DNA of 64,000 bases from Eledone cirrhosa (taxonomy: Eukaryota): contig OZ024741.1 of the NCBI GenBank assembly GCA_964016885.1, forward strand, positions 208,010,001 to 208,074,000. Reading direction: 5' to 3'. Position numbers and translations under genes: made by a program. A model generated the notes under the pieces. That model saw only the letters and a program-made list of their open reading frames with translations. It was not told where the DNA came from and searched no databases. This document shows, piece by piece, positions 25,199 through 37,266 of the stretch. Each line of letters begins with the position of its first letter. The first letter of the stretch is position 1.

Positions 25199-25268
<70 letters not shown>
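25199..25268. repeat. (TA)n microsatellite
   Basis: Pure TA run. Confidence 0.98.
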
Positions 25269-25270
<2 letters not shown>

Positions 25271-25299
25271 TAAATATTTAAATTGAGAAAGAGAAAGAA

Positions 25300-25458
25300 A
25301 GAGAGAGGCAGATAAATAGACATAGACAGGTAGATATATATATATAGAGAGAGAGTAGAGAGAGAGATATGGATAGATAGCTAAATAGATAGATATATAT
25401 ATATAGAGGGAGAGAGTAGAGAGAGAGAGAGATATAAATAGATAGATAGATAGATATA
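25300..25458. repeat. Degenerate (GATA)/(GA)/(TA) tract at the 3' end of copy F
   Basis: Mixed GATA and GA runs. Confidence 0.9.
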
Positions 25459-25695
25459 TTTCTTTATTAGCCACAGGGGCACAAAAGAAGGGGACAAATA
25501 CAAAGGGGGAAGTTTACATACAATAAAAACGTGTAAAATGTTATCACAGATGGAATTTAAAAGTTAGTCGATTTTCCCCAATAGAGGGAGACAGTTTATA
25601 TGGGTAACACAGACCCCCGAAAAAAATGTGCAACCCTCATCTCCAGGAGTACGAAGAGCTTGTACTCCTTTCCTCTCCTCCTCCTTTTCCTCAAC

Positions 25696-28600
25696 CTACA
25701 GGCTGATATAGAGAGAAGGCCCATTCACTCGGGCCATTCTCGCCACTTTCACCCACCTTTCATAAAACTTTCTGGGGTACAGCATCTCTCTCTCCATCCT
25801 GATTCTTCTTCCAAAGTGGTATTTGAAAAAAAGAATCAGTTGTTGGCCGGAGAGAAAGGTGTCTGACCTCAGCCCTTTCAACCTTGTCCACCATACAACC
25901 TCTTTCGCCATAGCTATCACACAAATGAAAACCGCCTCTCCTTCGTTTTTGAAGGAGGGTGGCGGTTTGATCATGACAATGGACTCGGTGGTCAACTGGA
26001 TTGGTCCCACCCGCGACAATAGTCGTTCTACATAGCCCCACAGGTCAGTGACGCCCGGGCAGTGTATGAATGCGTGCGCGACGGTTTCTTCGTCTCGCAC
26101 GCACCTCGGACAGATCTTTTTTGCAGGGTCCCTGCCCGGGCGCCCATGTCTGTAGAGCTTGTCTCGAACTGGTAGAGCTCCTCGGTAGCACTGCCAGGCC
26201 AGAGACTTTTGGAAGTTGTCCATCGGTCCCGGGCGGAAGGTCCTACCGAACAGACTGGCCAGTTCATCTTCCTCCACGCCTAGAGTTTCACCGAGCGCGT
26301 CGTCGCACTTGCTGCGGACCAACCCTCTATAGAATGACGAAGTGGAGTCTCCACTGATCGCCGGGTCCGCCTGCCAGAGGGCTGTGAGCGCCTGAGCACA
26401 TTCGATGTGCCAGTCGCCCATTTTCCTCGGTCTCTGCTTGACCCAGGACTGCAGCTCGGTCAGCGAGACGAGTCGTGGGAAGGCTCGCCTCACGAACGGG
26501 GCCCACACCGGTTGTCCGGTGAGGAATACGTAGAGATGCCGCAGCCTGAGCGCGTGTTTGCGCATCGTCAACCACGGCATCCCCAGCCCTCCGTTAGAAG
26601 GGTGTTGGCAGCAGATGGATCTTCTTACCAAAGGAGCCCGCCTCTTCCAAAGGAATCGGAAGAGGGCGCGCTCCATTTTGGCGAGCGTTTTGGCTGTACA
26701 AGGCACGACGGTCAAGCGGTAGTAGATGGCGGACGCTATAAAAGTGTTCGTCACCTCCGCTCGACCTTTCAAGGATAGTTTGCACTCGGCCCACTTCTGG
26801 GTGAGTGCAAACACCTTGGCCGTCACTTCGTTCCAGTTCTTCTCCACCTGGAGGTCCGGACCAAACCAGACCCCGAGCAGCTTTACCGGTCCTTCCGTCC
26901 AGCGTCCGACGACGCCATCGGAAGGCATCGGTCTGCCTCTCCACGATCCGAGTTGCAAACCGATGGACTTGTCCCGGATCAGCTTCGCTCCTGTGAGACT
27001 TTCGTATTCCTTTAGTAAGGTGCCGACTTTCTCGATTTGCGAGGCGCTCGACACCATTACTGTCACGTCGTCGGCGTAGGCCGACGCCGCTTTCCGCAGT
27101 CCCGGTTCCAGAGGGATGCCCTGCAATAGCTCCAGCTTCCGCAGTAGTGGCTCGAGAGTCAGTACGTACAGAAGGGAGGAGAGAGGGCATCCCTGTCGAA
27201 TGGATCGCGTAATATGGAACGGCTCCGAGAGGTAACCGTTCACCTTGACCCTTGAGCAGATGTTGCTGTTGTGCATTGCAGCAATCCAGCTCCTGAACAC
27301 GGGTCCGAAGCCTGCCGCCTCGAGCACCGCATCCAGGTAACGATGGTCAACCCTATCGAAAGCCTTAGACTGATCCAAGTTGATCAGGGCCCCACCGAAG
27401 CCGGGTTTACACCCTACCCTCTCTATGATGTATCGCATGAGGTGGAGGTTGTCGTGTATGGACCTGGTCGGGATCGCGCATGTCTGCGCTTCTCCCACCA
27501 GGTTCTCGACGACAAGCGCCAGCCTCTTTGCCAACACCTTGGCCAAAATCTGTAACTCTGTGTTTAGCAGAGTTATGGGCCGGAAGTTGCCTATGTCATC
27601 CCCCTTATTCTCGTCCTTCCTGATTAGTGTGACCACGCCCCCGGTTACAGAACTGGGAATTCTCCCGTTCTGTTGCCAGTTGCAGTAGACCGCTTCCAGG
27701 AGACCGGAGAATAAGTCCGGCATTGCTACGTAAAGTTCGTAGGGTAGACCGTCGAGACCTGGAGATTTGCGTTTGCCGCATTGGCTCAGCGCGTCCCCTA
27801 TCTCAGTGGCTGAAATCGGCTTTTCGCAGAACTTCGCCTCGCTGTCCGAGAGTCGCGGTAGGCCGTCGAGGTATGGACCGAAATCCATAGCCTCTCCCGG
27901 CGCGCCGCTCCCCCCGAACAGCCGAGCAAAGTGCCGCTGAAAAGCCGCACACATCTGCTTCGGCTCACGTATCACGAGTCCGTTTTGGTCCTTCAAAGAC
28001 CGAATCGTGGACTTGTTGCCACTTTTTGCCTCCGTCACTCGGGCCCAGCTAACAGCTTTGGCTCCCTCGTTTCCCAGAGCACGTATTTTGCTTCTGACAA
28101 CGCAGCCCTCGTGCTTTGCGTCGAAGAACTGGTCCAAGGCCGTTCTCGTTGCTAGCACGCTGGCTACGTTGCCACTTCTAATAGCCTCTTCTACTTTATC
28201 TACCAATTCCTTCTCGGTTCTATTTCTATCTAACGCTAATTCTTTACTAAAAACTATCGAGTCTAATCTAACTGCCCTCTTGAGAGAGTACCACCATCTG
28301 TTGTTGACAATGGCCCCTGTCAAGTGCTGTTTAACTAAAGTGCTAATCCGTCTACTGTAGGCTTTGCTTGTCGGTAACGACAAGTTCAGCTTCCAGTAGC
28401 CGGGTCCTTGTCTATGGGTTCTATCAAGGTTGGCCATGCAGGTCACTAGTTTGTGATCTGAATAGGCAACCATGAACATTTGTGGACAGCTTAACATGTC
28501 CCTATCCTTATTTCTAACTAGAACCCTATCTAGGTACGATCTAGATGTTCCGCTACGATTACTCCACGTCCACAGTGGCGCAGTCGGAAAATCTAGTCGA

Positions 28601-29123
28601 TATCTATCGGCCAGGTCAAATCGGTCGATTAACTGTTTGAGGCTGTTACACCCCCCTTTATCGGGACATGCTCCCACATAGTCCCAACGTGCATCTAGGA
28701 TTCCATTCCAGTCTCCCACTAAAAGCAAGGAGCGGAACGTTCCCAGAAAAGTCTCTAGACGTCTGGCTGCGGTGTCCCGGATGGGGCATTTGCGGCCACC
28801 AGCCTGAAGGCTCCACCTTCACCACCGTCAACGTCTAGGACCACCAGTCGACCCTTCGGGTCCAGATGTATTGTCTGTGTTACGAGGTCCAGGTGTTTCC
28901 GCAGCAAAACGGCAACTCCGCCCCCACCCCCCGGTTGACAGAGAGATGCGTAGATCTCAAAGTCATCGAAGATGGGGGCCAGCTGTCGCTCGCCGTGGAT
29001 CCTGGACTCGCAAATGGCTACCACATCCAAACTGTGCGACCTGAGGTCGTTTAAGAGTTTGCCCTGTTTCCAGGGCATCCCCAGGCCGCGTACGTTCACA
29101 CATCCAACTCTTATATTGGCCAT
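25696..29123 (-). pseudogene. Copy F ORF2 (APE-RT-ZnF), frameshifted by a 10-nt deletion near 28762
   Basis: 122-aa plus 1010-aa ORFs; lacks TTCTTCAAAC present in copy G. The F-to-G offset is 5866 at ORF1 and 5856 at the ORF2 stop. Confidence 0.95.
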
Positions 29124-29156
29124 GTTGGTGCTGAAAAGTTAAAAGAGGAAAAGAGA

Positions 29157-31073
29157 TCACTCACCCTTCGCCTCCTGGGGACCAGGCCGCACGATTTCCA
29201 TGGGGGTGTTGGAGGGGTTGTCTGGATGGGTGGTGGTTTCCGGCGGGGTGGGGACGCAGATGTTTGGTGGGGTGGGGTCTGGTGGGATGGGGGTGTCTGG
29301 GGTGGGGAGGCATTTGAGAAGGACGCGGTTGAGTGGTTTCACGCAGGAATTCCCCACATCCTTCTCAAATGTTTCTTTTAGGGACCTATAAGTTTGTATA
29401 GGGACCCTAATCAGTTTTAGGTTCATTTTTTTGCTATTTTTTATAGAGTGGGCGAAAGTTTTCCCTTCGGTGAAAACCGAAGGGTCGTTCGTAATGGTCT
29501 CCATTAGTGTTTTGTTTTCAGTGTTTATGTAAGTGTAAGTGTAATTTTCTTGTGTTGTGTTTGTTTTTGTCTGTAGTTCTTGTGTGTGCTTTCGTTTTGT
29601 TGTAGGTATTTTGTTTTCAGGAGGTGGGGGTTTTGTTTGTGATATTTTTGTTGTTTGTGTTGGTGGTTGTATGTTTGTGGTAGTGTTTGCTGGTTTTTTG
29701 CTTTTGTGATGTCTTTTCTTTCTTTTCGAGCGATGGGGTTCTCCCTCGTCTTCACTGGGTGATGGCGAGATAGCCTCATCTGTTGTATCGTCTGTGTGAT
29801 TGGGGAGGGGTATGTCTTGGGGAGCTGTTGTGTCTGTATGTGATTTTGCAGTGGTTTTAGGTGGAGTGAGGTTGGGTGGGACTGTGTTTGTTGTGGTTAT
29901 TTTTGTGTGTTGGTGTTGTTGTTGTAGTGGTGGTGTTGGTGGTTGTGTTGCTTTGATGGGTGTTGGCAGAAGAGCCTTTTTTTGGTTCATTAGTTTAGGA
30001 CAGGAAGCCCTCAGGTGACCCCTGCTAAAGCAATGGTAACATGAAGGCCGCCTACCCTCAACCGAAAGGTTTATGTAGGTAAGTCCGTCCAGGAGTACAC
30101 GCTGTGGGATCATAGCTATTCGCTCTGGGCTCATTTGCACCAGAACTTCAATGCTAGTCCCATTGAATACATCTCTGGGGGACTTGCCTACTGACAGTAT
30201 TCTGTCTTCATCAAAATTGATGAAGCCGCACAGTATCCACCATATGTTCACCTTTGGTGTGACACTTGTGATTCTGATCTTTTGTGTCCTTTTTCCCATG
30301 TATGTAGGGAAAAAGGTGTACAGGTTGGATACAATTGGCGACACAGAGTAATTTTGGGCCGTCAATTGATCCTTCATCAGTACCGAAATACTCCCAAAAA
30401 GTTTGCTTCTTTGAATGAATGCAATATCATTCATTGAATCTTTGAAAACCAGTTCAATATCTTTCTGTGACAATTGGACTGGTTTTCGGGTAGAATTGGA
30501 AACTGTCCTAAAAACTATCGTTTTGAGAGCAGTTTCCTTGCGAATTTCTACCGGAGAATTGATGCTGAAAGCACCATTTTTTTCGAAGGTGACATATCTC
30601 TTAGCGTCCTTTAAAAGGTGTTCAGCATTTGTTATGTCGAGATATATCAATTGTTCTTTCTTTTGAACTTTCTCCGCAAAGGAGATTTTTGGTTTCTTTG
30701 TGGAATACGTATTGGTGGTGTTGTCATTATTGTTGTTATTGTTGTTGTTATTCTTGTTGTCACCGATGTTGGTATCATCCGTATTTTCCTTGGTGTTGTT
30801 GTTGTCTTTGATGCTGGTGTTATTGGCGTTGTCTTTATTTTTTTCTTTGTTGTTGTTATCATTGTTGCTTTTATCATCATTATTGGTTTTGCTGTTATTT
30901 TTGTTGTCATTGAACTGTTTGGTGTCATTTGTGTTGTTTGGATGTGAATTCGTTTTTTTATTTTCATTTTGTCTTTCCATCTCTATAGTATCTAGTGAAG
31001 AAGACGTTGTTGACTGCGAGCTTTGTAGTCTTACCGCCTCTCCACCACCATTATCGTTGGACGCAGCGTTCAT
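29157..31073 (-). CDS. Copy F ORF1 protein, 638 aa
   Basis: Open ORF; Asn-rich N-terminus, ISFAE motif, CYHCFSRGHLRASC knuckle. Confidence 0.94.
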   Translation of the reverse strand: MNAASNDNGGGEAVRLQSSQSTTSSSLDTIEMERQNENKKTNSHPNNTNDTKQFNDNKNNSKTNNDDKSNNDNNNKEKNKDNANNTSIKDNNNTKENTDDTNIGDNKNNNNNNNNNDNTTNTYSTKKPKISFAEKVQKKEQLIYLDITNAEHLLKDAKRYVTFEKNGAFSINSPVEIRKETALKTIVFRTVSNSTRKPVQLSQKDIELVFKDSMNDIAFIQRSKLFGSISVLMKDQLTAQNYSVSPIVSNLYTFFPTYMGKRTQKIRITSVTPKVNIWWILCGFINFDEDRILSVGKSPRDVFNGTSIEVLVQMSPERIAMIPQRVLLDGLTYINLSVEGRRPSCYHCFSRGHLRASCPKLMNQKKALLPTPIKATQPPTPPLQQQHQHTKITTTNTVPPNLTPPKTTAKSHTDTTAPQDIPLPNHTDDTTDEAISPSPSEDEGEPHRSKRKKRHHKSKKPANTTTNIQPPTQTTKISQTKPPPPENKIPTTKRKHTQELQTKTNTTQENYTYTYINTENKTLMETITNDPSVFTEGKTFAHSIKNSKKMNLKLIRVPIQTYRSLKETFEKDVGNSCVKPLNRVLLKCLPTPDTPIPPDPTPPNICVPTPPETTTHPDNPSNTPMEIVRPGPQEAKGE

Positions 31074-31551
31074 AACGTAATAAAATTTTACAATATTTTT
31101 TCCAAGATTCGATGGAGAAAAATTTTTTAAATGGATATTCCGCCCCTGAAGGGGCGAAAATGAGTTGACCCACCACCTGAAGGTCCAGACGGGTGGTCAA
31201 GTTACACAATGATATAAAATTGAACTAAAAACTCACGTTTTTTTTTTCATACATAAATTAACGGAAACTTCTCCGCGAAGTGACACACGACTGATAGAGA
31301 GAGAGATAGATATATTTCTTTATTAGCCACAGGGGCACAAAAGAAGGGGACAAATACAAAGGGGGAAGTTTACATACAATAAAAACGTGTAAAATGTTAT
31401 CACAGATGGAATTTAAAAGTTAGTCGATTTTCCCCAATAGAGGGAGACAGTTTATATGGGTAACACAGACCCCCGAAAAAAATGTGCAACCCTCATCTCC
31501 AGGAGTACGAAGAGCTTGTACTCCCTTACTCTCCTCCTCCTTTTCCTCAAC

Positions 31552-34500
31552 CTACAGGCTGATATAGAGAGAAGGCCCATTCACTCGGGCCATTCTCGCC
31601 ACTTTCACCCACCTTTCATAAAACTTGCTGGGGTACAGCACCTCTCTCTCCATCCTGATTCTTCTTCCAAAGTGGTATTTGAAAAAAAGAATCAGTTGTT
31701 GGCCGGAGAGAAAGGTGTCTGACCTCAGCCCTTTCAACCTTGTCCACCATACAACCTCTTTCGCCATAGCTATCACACAAAGGAAAACCGCCTCTCCTTC
31801 GTTTTTGAAGGAGGGTGGCGGTTTGATCATGACAATGGACTCGGTGGTCAACTGGATTGGTCCCACCCGCGACAATAGTCGTTCCACATAGCCCCACAGG
31901 TCAGTGACGCCCGGGCAGTGTATGAATGCGTGCGCGACGGTTTCTTCGTCTCGCACGCACCTCGGACAGATCTTTTTTGCAGGGTCCCTGCCCGGGCGCC
32001 CATGTCTGTAGAGCTTGTCTCGAACTGGTAGAGCTCCTCGGTAGCACTGCCAGGCCAGGGACTTTTGGAAGTTGTCCATCGGTCCCGGGCGGAAGGTCCT
32101 ACCGAACAGACTGGCCAGTTCATCTTCCTCCACGCCTAGAGTTTCACCGAGCGCGTCGTCGCACTTGCTGCGGACCAACCCTCTATAGAATGACGAAGTG
32201 GAGTCTCCACTGATCGCCGGGTCCGCCTGCCAGAGGGCTGTGAGCGCCTGAGCACATTCGATGTGCCAGTCGCCCATTTTCCTCGGTCTCTGCTTGACCC
32301 AGGACTGCAGCTCGGTCAGCGAGACGAGTCGTGGGAAGGCTCGCCTCACGAACGGGGCCCACACCGGTTGTCCGGTGAGGAATACGTAGAGATGCCGCAG
32401 CCTGAGCGCGTGTTTGCGCATCGTCAACCACGGCATCCCCAGCCCTCCGTTAGAAGGGTGTTGGCAGCAGATGGATCTTCTTACCAAAGGAGCCCGCCTC
32501 TTCCAAAGGAATCGGAAGAGGGCGCGCTCCATTTTGGCGAGCGTTTTGGCTGGACAAGGCACGACGGTCAAGCGGTAGTAGATGGCGGACGCTATAAAAG
32601 TGTTCGCCACCTCCGCTCGACCTTTCAAGGATAGTTTGCACTCGGCCCACTTCTGGGTGAGTGCAAACACCTTGGCCGTCACTTCGTTCCAGTTCTTCTC
32701 CACCTGGAGGTCCGGACCAAACCAGACCCCGAGCAACTTTACCGGTCCTTCCGTCCAGCGTCCGACGACGCCATCGGAAGGCATCGGTCTGCCTCTCCAC
32801 GATCCGAGTTGCAAACCGATGGACTTGTCCCGGTTCAGCTTCGCTCCTGTGAGACTTTCGTATTCCTTTAGTAAGGTGCCGACTTTCTCGATTTGCGAGG
32901 CGCTCGACACCATTACTGTCACGTCGTCGGCGTAGGCCGACGCCGCTTTCCGCAGTCCCGGTTCCAGAGGGATGCCCTGCAATAGCTCCAGCTTCCGCAG
33001 TAGTGGCTCGAGAGTCAGTACGTACAGAAGGGAGGAGAGAGGGCATCCCTGTCGAATGGATCGCGTAATATGGAACGGCTCCGAGAGGTAACCGTTCACC
33101 TTGACCCTTGAGCTGATGTTGCTGTTGTGCATTGCAGCAATCCAGCCCCTGAACACGGGTCCGAAGCCTGCCGCCTCGAGCACCGCATCCAGGTAACGAT
33201 GGTCAACCCTATCGAAAGCCTTAGACTGATCCAAGTTGATCAGGGCCCCACCGAAGCCGGGTTTACACCCTACCCTCTCTATGATGTATCGCATGAGGTG
33301 GAGGTTGTCGTGTATGGACCTGGTCGGGATCGCGCATGTCTGCGCTTCTCCCACCAGGTTCTCGACGACAAGCGCCAGCCTCTTTGCCAACACCTTGGCC
33401 AAAATCTGTAACTCTGTGTTTAGCAGAGTTATGGGCCGGAAGTTGCCTATGTCATCCCCCTTATTCTCGTCCTTCCTGATTAGTGTGACCACGCCCCCGG
33501 TTACAGAACTGGGAATTCTCCCGTTCTGTTGCCAGTTGCAGTAGACCGCTTACAGGAGACCGGAGAATAAGTCCGGCATTGCTACGTAAAATTCGTAGGG
33601 TAGACCGTCGAGACCTGGAGATTTGCGTTTGCCGCATTGGCTCAGCGCGTCCCCTATTTCAGTGGCTGAAATCGGCTTTTCGCAGAACTTCGCCTCGCCG
33701 TCCGAGAGTCGCGGTAGGCCGTCGAGGTATGGACCGAAATCCATAGCCTCTCCCGGCGCGCCGCTCCCCCCGAACAGCCGAGCAAAGTGCCGCTGAAAAG
33801 CCGCACACATCTGCTTCGGCTCACGTATCACGCGTCCGTTTTGGTCCTTCAAAGACCGAATCGTGGACTTGTTGCCACTTTTTGCCTCCGTCACTCGGGC
33901 CCAGCTAACAGCTTTGGCTCCCTCGTTTCCCAGAGCACGTATTTTGCTTCTGACAACGCAGCCCTCGTGCTTTGCGTCGAAGAACTGGTCCAAGGCCGTT
34001 CTCGTTGCTAGCACGCTGGCTACGTTGCCACTTCTAATAGCCTCTTCTACTTTATCTACCAGTTCCTTCTCGGTTCTATTTCTATCTAACGCTAATTCTT
34101 TACTAAAAACTATCGAGTCTAATCTAACTGCCCTCTTGAGAGCGTACCACCATCTGTTGTTGACAATGGCCCCTGTCAAGTGCTGTTTAACTAAAGTGCT
34201 AATCCGTCTACTGTAGGCTTTGCTTGTCGGTAACGACAAGTTCAGCTTCCAGTAGCCGGGTCCTTGTCTATGGGTTCTATCAAGGTTGGCCATGCAGGTC
34301 ACTAGTTTGTGATCTGAATAGGCAACCATGAACATTTGTGGACAGCTTAACATGTCCCTATCCTTATTTCTAACTAGAACCCTATCTAGGTACGATCTAG
34401 ATGTTCCGCTACGATTACTCCACGTCCACAGTGGCGCAGTCGGAAAATCTAGTCGATATCTATCGGCCAGGTCAAATCGGTCGATTAACTGTTTGAGGCT

Positions 34501-34989
34501 GTTACACCCCCCTTTATCGGGACATGCTCCCACATAGTCCCAACGTGCATCTAGGATTCCATTCCAGTCCCCCACTAAAAGCAAGGAGCGGGACGTTCCC
34601 AGAAAAGTCTCTAGACGTTTGAAGAAGTCTGGCCGCGGTGTCCCGGATGGGGCATATGCGGCCACCAGCCTGAACGCTCCACCTTCACTACCGTCAACGT
34701 CTAGGACCACCAGTCGACCCTCCGGGTCCAGATGTACCGTCTGTGTTACGAGGCCCAGGTGTTTCCGCAGCAAAACGGCAACTCCGCCCCCACCCCCCGG
34801 TTGACAGAGAGATGCGTAGATCTCAAAGTCATCGAAGATGGGGGCCAGCTGTCGCTCGCCGTGGATCCTGGACTCGCAAATGGCTACCACATCCAAACTG
34901 TGCGACCTGAGGTCGTTTAAGAGTTTGCCCTGTTTCCAGGGCATCCCCAGGCCGCGTACGTTCACACATCCAACTCTTATATTGGCCAT
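31552..34989 (-). pseudogene. Copy G ORF2 (about 1145 codons) with a single nonsense change at 33550-33552
   Basis: 479-aa and 646-aa ORFs in the same frame; TAA where copy F has GAA (LLEAVY). Confidence 0.95.
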
Positions 34990-35022
34990 GTTGGTGCTGA
35001 AAAGTTAAAAGAGGAAAAGAGA

Positions 35023-36939
35023 TCACTCACCCTTCGCCTCCTGGGGACCAGGCCGCACGATTTCCATGGGGGTGTTGGAGGGGTTGTCTGGATGGGTGGT
35101 GGTTTCCGGCGGGGTGGGGACGCAGATGTTTGGTGGGGTGGGGTCTGGTGGGATGGGGGTGTCTGGGGTGGGGAGGCATTTGAGAAGGACGCGGTTGAGT
35201 GGTTTCACGCAGGAATTCCCCACATCCTTCTCAAATGTTTCTTTTAGGGACCTATAAGTTTGTATAGGGACCCTAATCAGTTTTAGGTTCATTTTTTTGC
35301 TATTTTTTATAGAGTGGGCGAAAGTTTTCCCTTCGGTGAAAACCGAAGGGTCGTTCGTGATGGTCTCCATTAGTGTTTTGTTTTCAGTGTTTATGTAAGT
35401 GTAAGTGTAATTTTCTTGTGTTGTGTTTGTTTTTGTCTGTAGTTCTTGTGTGTGCTTTCGTTTTGTTGTAGGTATTTTGTTTTCAGGAGGTGGGGGTTTT
35501 GTTTGTGATATTTTTGTTGTTTGTGTTGGTGGTTGTATGTTTGTGGTAGTGTTTGCTGGTTTTTTGCTTTTGTGATGTCTTTTCTTTCTTTTCGAGCGAT
35601 GGGGTTCTCCCTCGTCTTCACTGGGTGATGGCGAGATAGCCTCATCTGTTGTATCGTCTGTGTGATTGGGGAGGGGCATGTCTTGGGGAGCTGTTGTGTC
35701 TGTATGTGATTTTGCAGTGGTTTTAGGTGGAGTGAGGTTGGGTGGGACTGTGTTTGTTGTGGTTATTTTTGTGTGTTGGTGTTGTTGTTGTAGTGGTGGT
35801 GTTGGTGGTTGTGTTGTTTTGATGGGTGTTGGCAGAAGAGCCTTTTTTTGGTTCATTAGTTTAGGACAGGAAGCCCTCAGGTGACCCCTGCTAAAGCAAT
35901 GGTAACATGAAGGCCGCCTACCCTCAACCGAAAGGTTTATGTAGGTAAGTCCGTCCAGGAGTACACGCTGTGGGATCATAGCTATTCGCTCTGGGCTCAT
36001 TTGCACCAGAACTTCAATGCTAGTCCCATTGAATACATCTCTGGGGGACTTGCCTACTGACAGTATTCTGTCTTCATCAAAATTGATGAAGCCGCACAGT
36101 ATCCACCATATGTTCACCTTTGGTGTGACACTTGTGATTCTGATCTTTTGTGTCCTTTTTCCCATGTATGTAGGGAAAAAGGTGTACAGGTTGGATACAA
36201 TTGGCGACACAGAGTAATTTTGGGCCGTCAATTGATCCTTCATCAGTACCGAAATACTCCCAAAAAGTTTGCTTCTTTGAATGAATGCAATATCATTCAT
36301 TGAATCTTTGAAAACCAGTTCAATATCTTTCTGTGACAATTGGACTGGTTTTCGGGTAGAATTGGAAACTGTCCTAAAAACTATCGTTTTGAGAGCAGTT
36401 TCCTTGCGAATTTCTACCGGAGAATTGATGCTGAAAGCACCATTTTTTTCGAAGGTGACATATCTTTTAGCGTCCTTTAAAAGGTGTTCAGCATTTGTTA
36501 TGTCGAGATATATCAATTGTTCTTTCTTTTGAACTTTCTCCGCAAAGGAGATTTTTGGTTTCTTTGTGGAATACGTATTGGTGGTGTTGTCATTATTGTT
36601 GTTATTTTTGTTGTTATTCTTGTTGTCACCGATGTTGGTATCATCCGTATTTTCCTTGGTGTTGTTGTTGTCTTTGATGCTGGTGTTATTGGCGTTGTCT
36701 TTATTTTTTTCTTTGTTGTTGTTATCATTGTTGCTTTTATCATCATTATTGGTTTTGTTGTTATTTTTGTTGTCATTGAGCTGTTTGGTGTCATTTGTGT
36801 TGTTTGGATGTGAATTCGTTTTTTTATTTTCATTTTGTCTTTCCATCTCTATAGTATCTAGTGAAGAAGACGTTGTTGACTGCGAGCTTTGTAGTCTTAC
36901 CGCCTCTCCACCACCATTATCGTTGGACGCAGCGTTCAT
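35023..36939 (-). CDS. Copy G ORF1 protein, 638 aa
   Basis: Open ORF differing from copy F ORF1 at only a handful of residues. Confidence 0.94.
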   Translation of the reverse strand: MNAASNDNGGGEAVRLQSSQSTTSSSLDTIEMERQNENKKTNSHPNNTNDTKQLNDNKNNNKTNNDDKSNNDNNNKEKNKDNANNTSIKDNNNTKENTDDTNIGDNKNNNKNNNNNDNTTNTYSTKKPKISFAEKVQKKEQLIYLDITNAEHLLKDAKRYVTFEKNGAFSINSPVEIRKETALKTIVFRTVSNSTRKPVQLSQKDIELVFKDSMNDIAFIQRSKLFGSISVLMKDQLTAQNYSVSPIVSNLYTFFPTYMGKRTQKIRITSVTPKVNIWWILCGFINFDEDRILSVGKSPRDVFNGTSIEVLVQMSPERIAMIPQRVLLDGLTYINLSVEGRRPSCYHCFSRGHLRASCPKLMNQKKALLPTPIKTTQPPTPPLQQQHQHTKITTTNTVPPNLTPPKTTAKSHTDTTAPQDMPLPNHTDDTTDEAISPSPSEDEGEPHRSKRKKRHHKSKKPANTTTNIQPPTQTTKISQTKPPPPENKIPTTKRKHTQELQTKTNTTQENYTYTYINTENKTLMETITNDPSVFTEGKTFAHSIKNSKKMNLKLIRVPIQTYRSLKETFEKDVGNSCVKPLNRVLLKCLPTPDTPIPPDPTPPNICVPTPPETTTHPDNPSNTPMEIVRPGPQEAKGE

Positions 36940-37161
36940 AACGTAATCAAAATTTTACAATATTTTTTTTTTCCAAGATTCGATGGAGAAAAATTTTTTT
37001 AAATGGATATTCCGCCCCTGAAGGGGCGAAAATGAGTTGACCCACCACCTGAAGGTCCAGACGGGTGGTCAAGTTACACAATGATATAAAATTGAACTAA
37101 AAACTCACGTTTTTTCCTTACATAAATTAACGGAAACTTCTCCGCGAAGTGACACACGACT

Positions 37162-37168
37162 GATAGAG

Positions 37169-37265
<97 letters not shown>

Positions 37266-37266
37266 T
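37162..37266. repeat. (GATA)n microsatellite between copies G and H
   Basis: Pure GATA run. Confidence 0.98.

Larger units (their letters stand above)
25459..31293 (-). mobile_element. Tx1-group copy F (full length, young)
   Basis: Intact ORF1; ORF2 broken by one 10-nt deletion; near-identical to copy G. Confidence 0.97.
31315..37162 (-). mobile_element. Tx1-group copy G (full length, young)
   Basis: Intact ORF1; ORF2 with one in-frame stop. Confidence 0.97.

Noticed and set aside
29131-29164. GT...AG mini-intron fusing ORF1 to ORF2 in C/F/G/H
   Set aside because: Only about 34 nt, splicing would leave ORF2 out of frame, and the AG is not conserved in A, B, D or K.
33550-33552. Programmed readthrough in copy G ORF2
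   Set aside because: The other copies have a Glu codon here; it is a private nonsense change.
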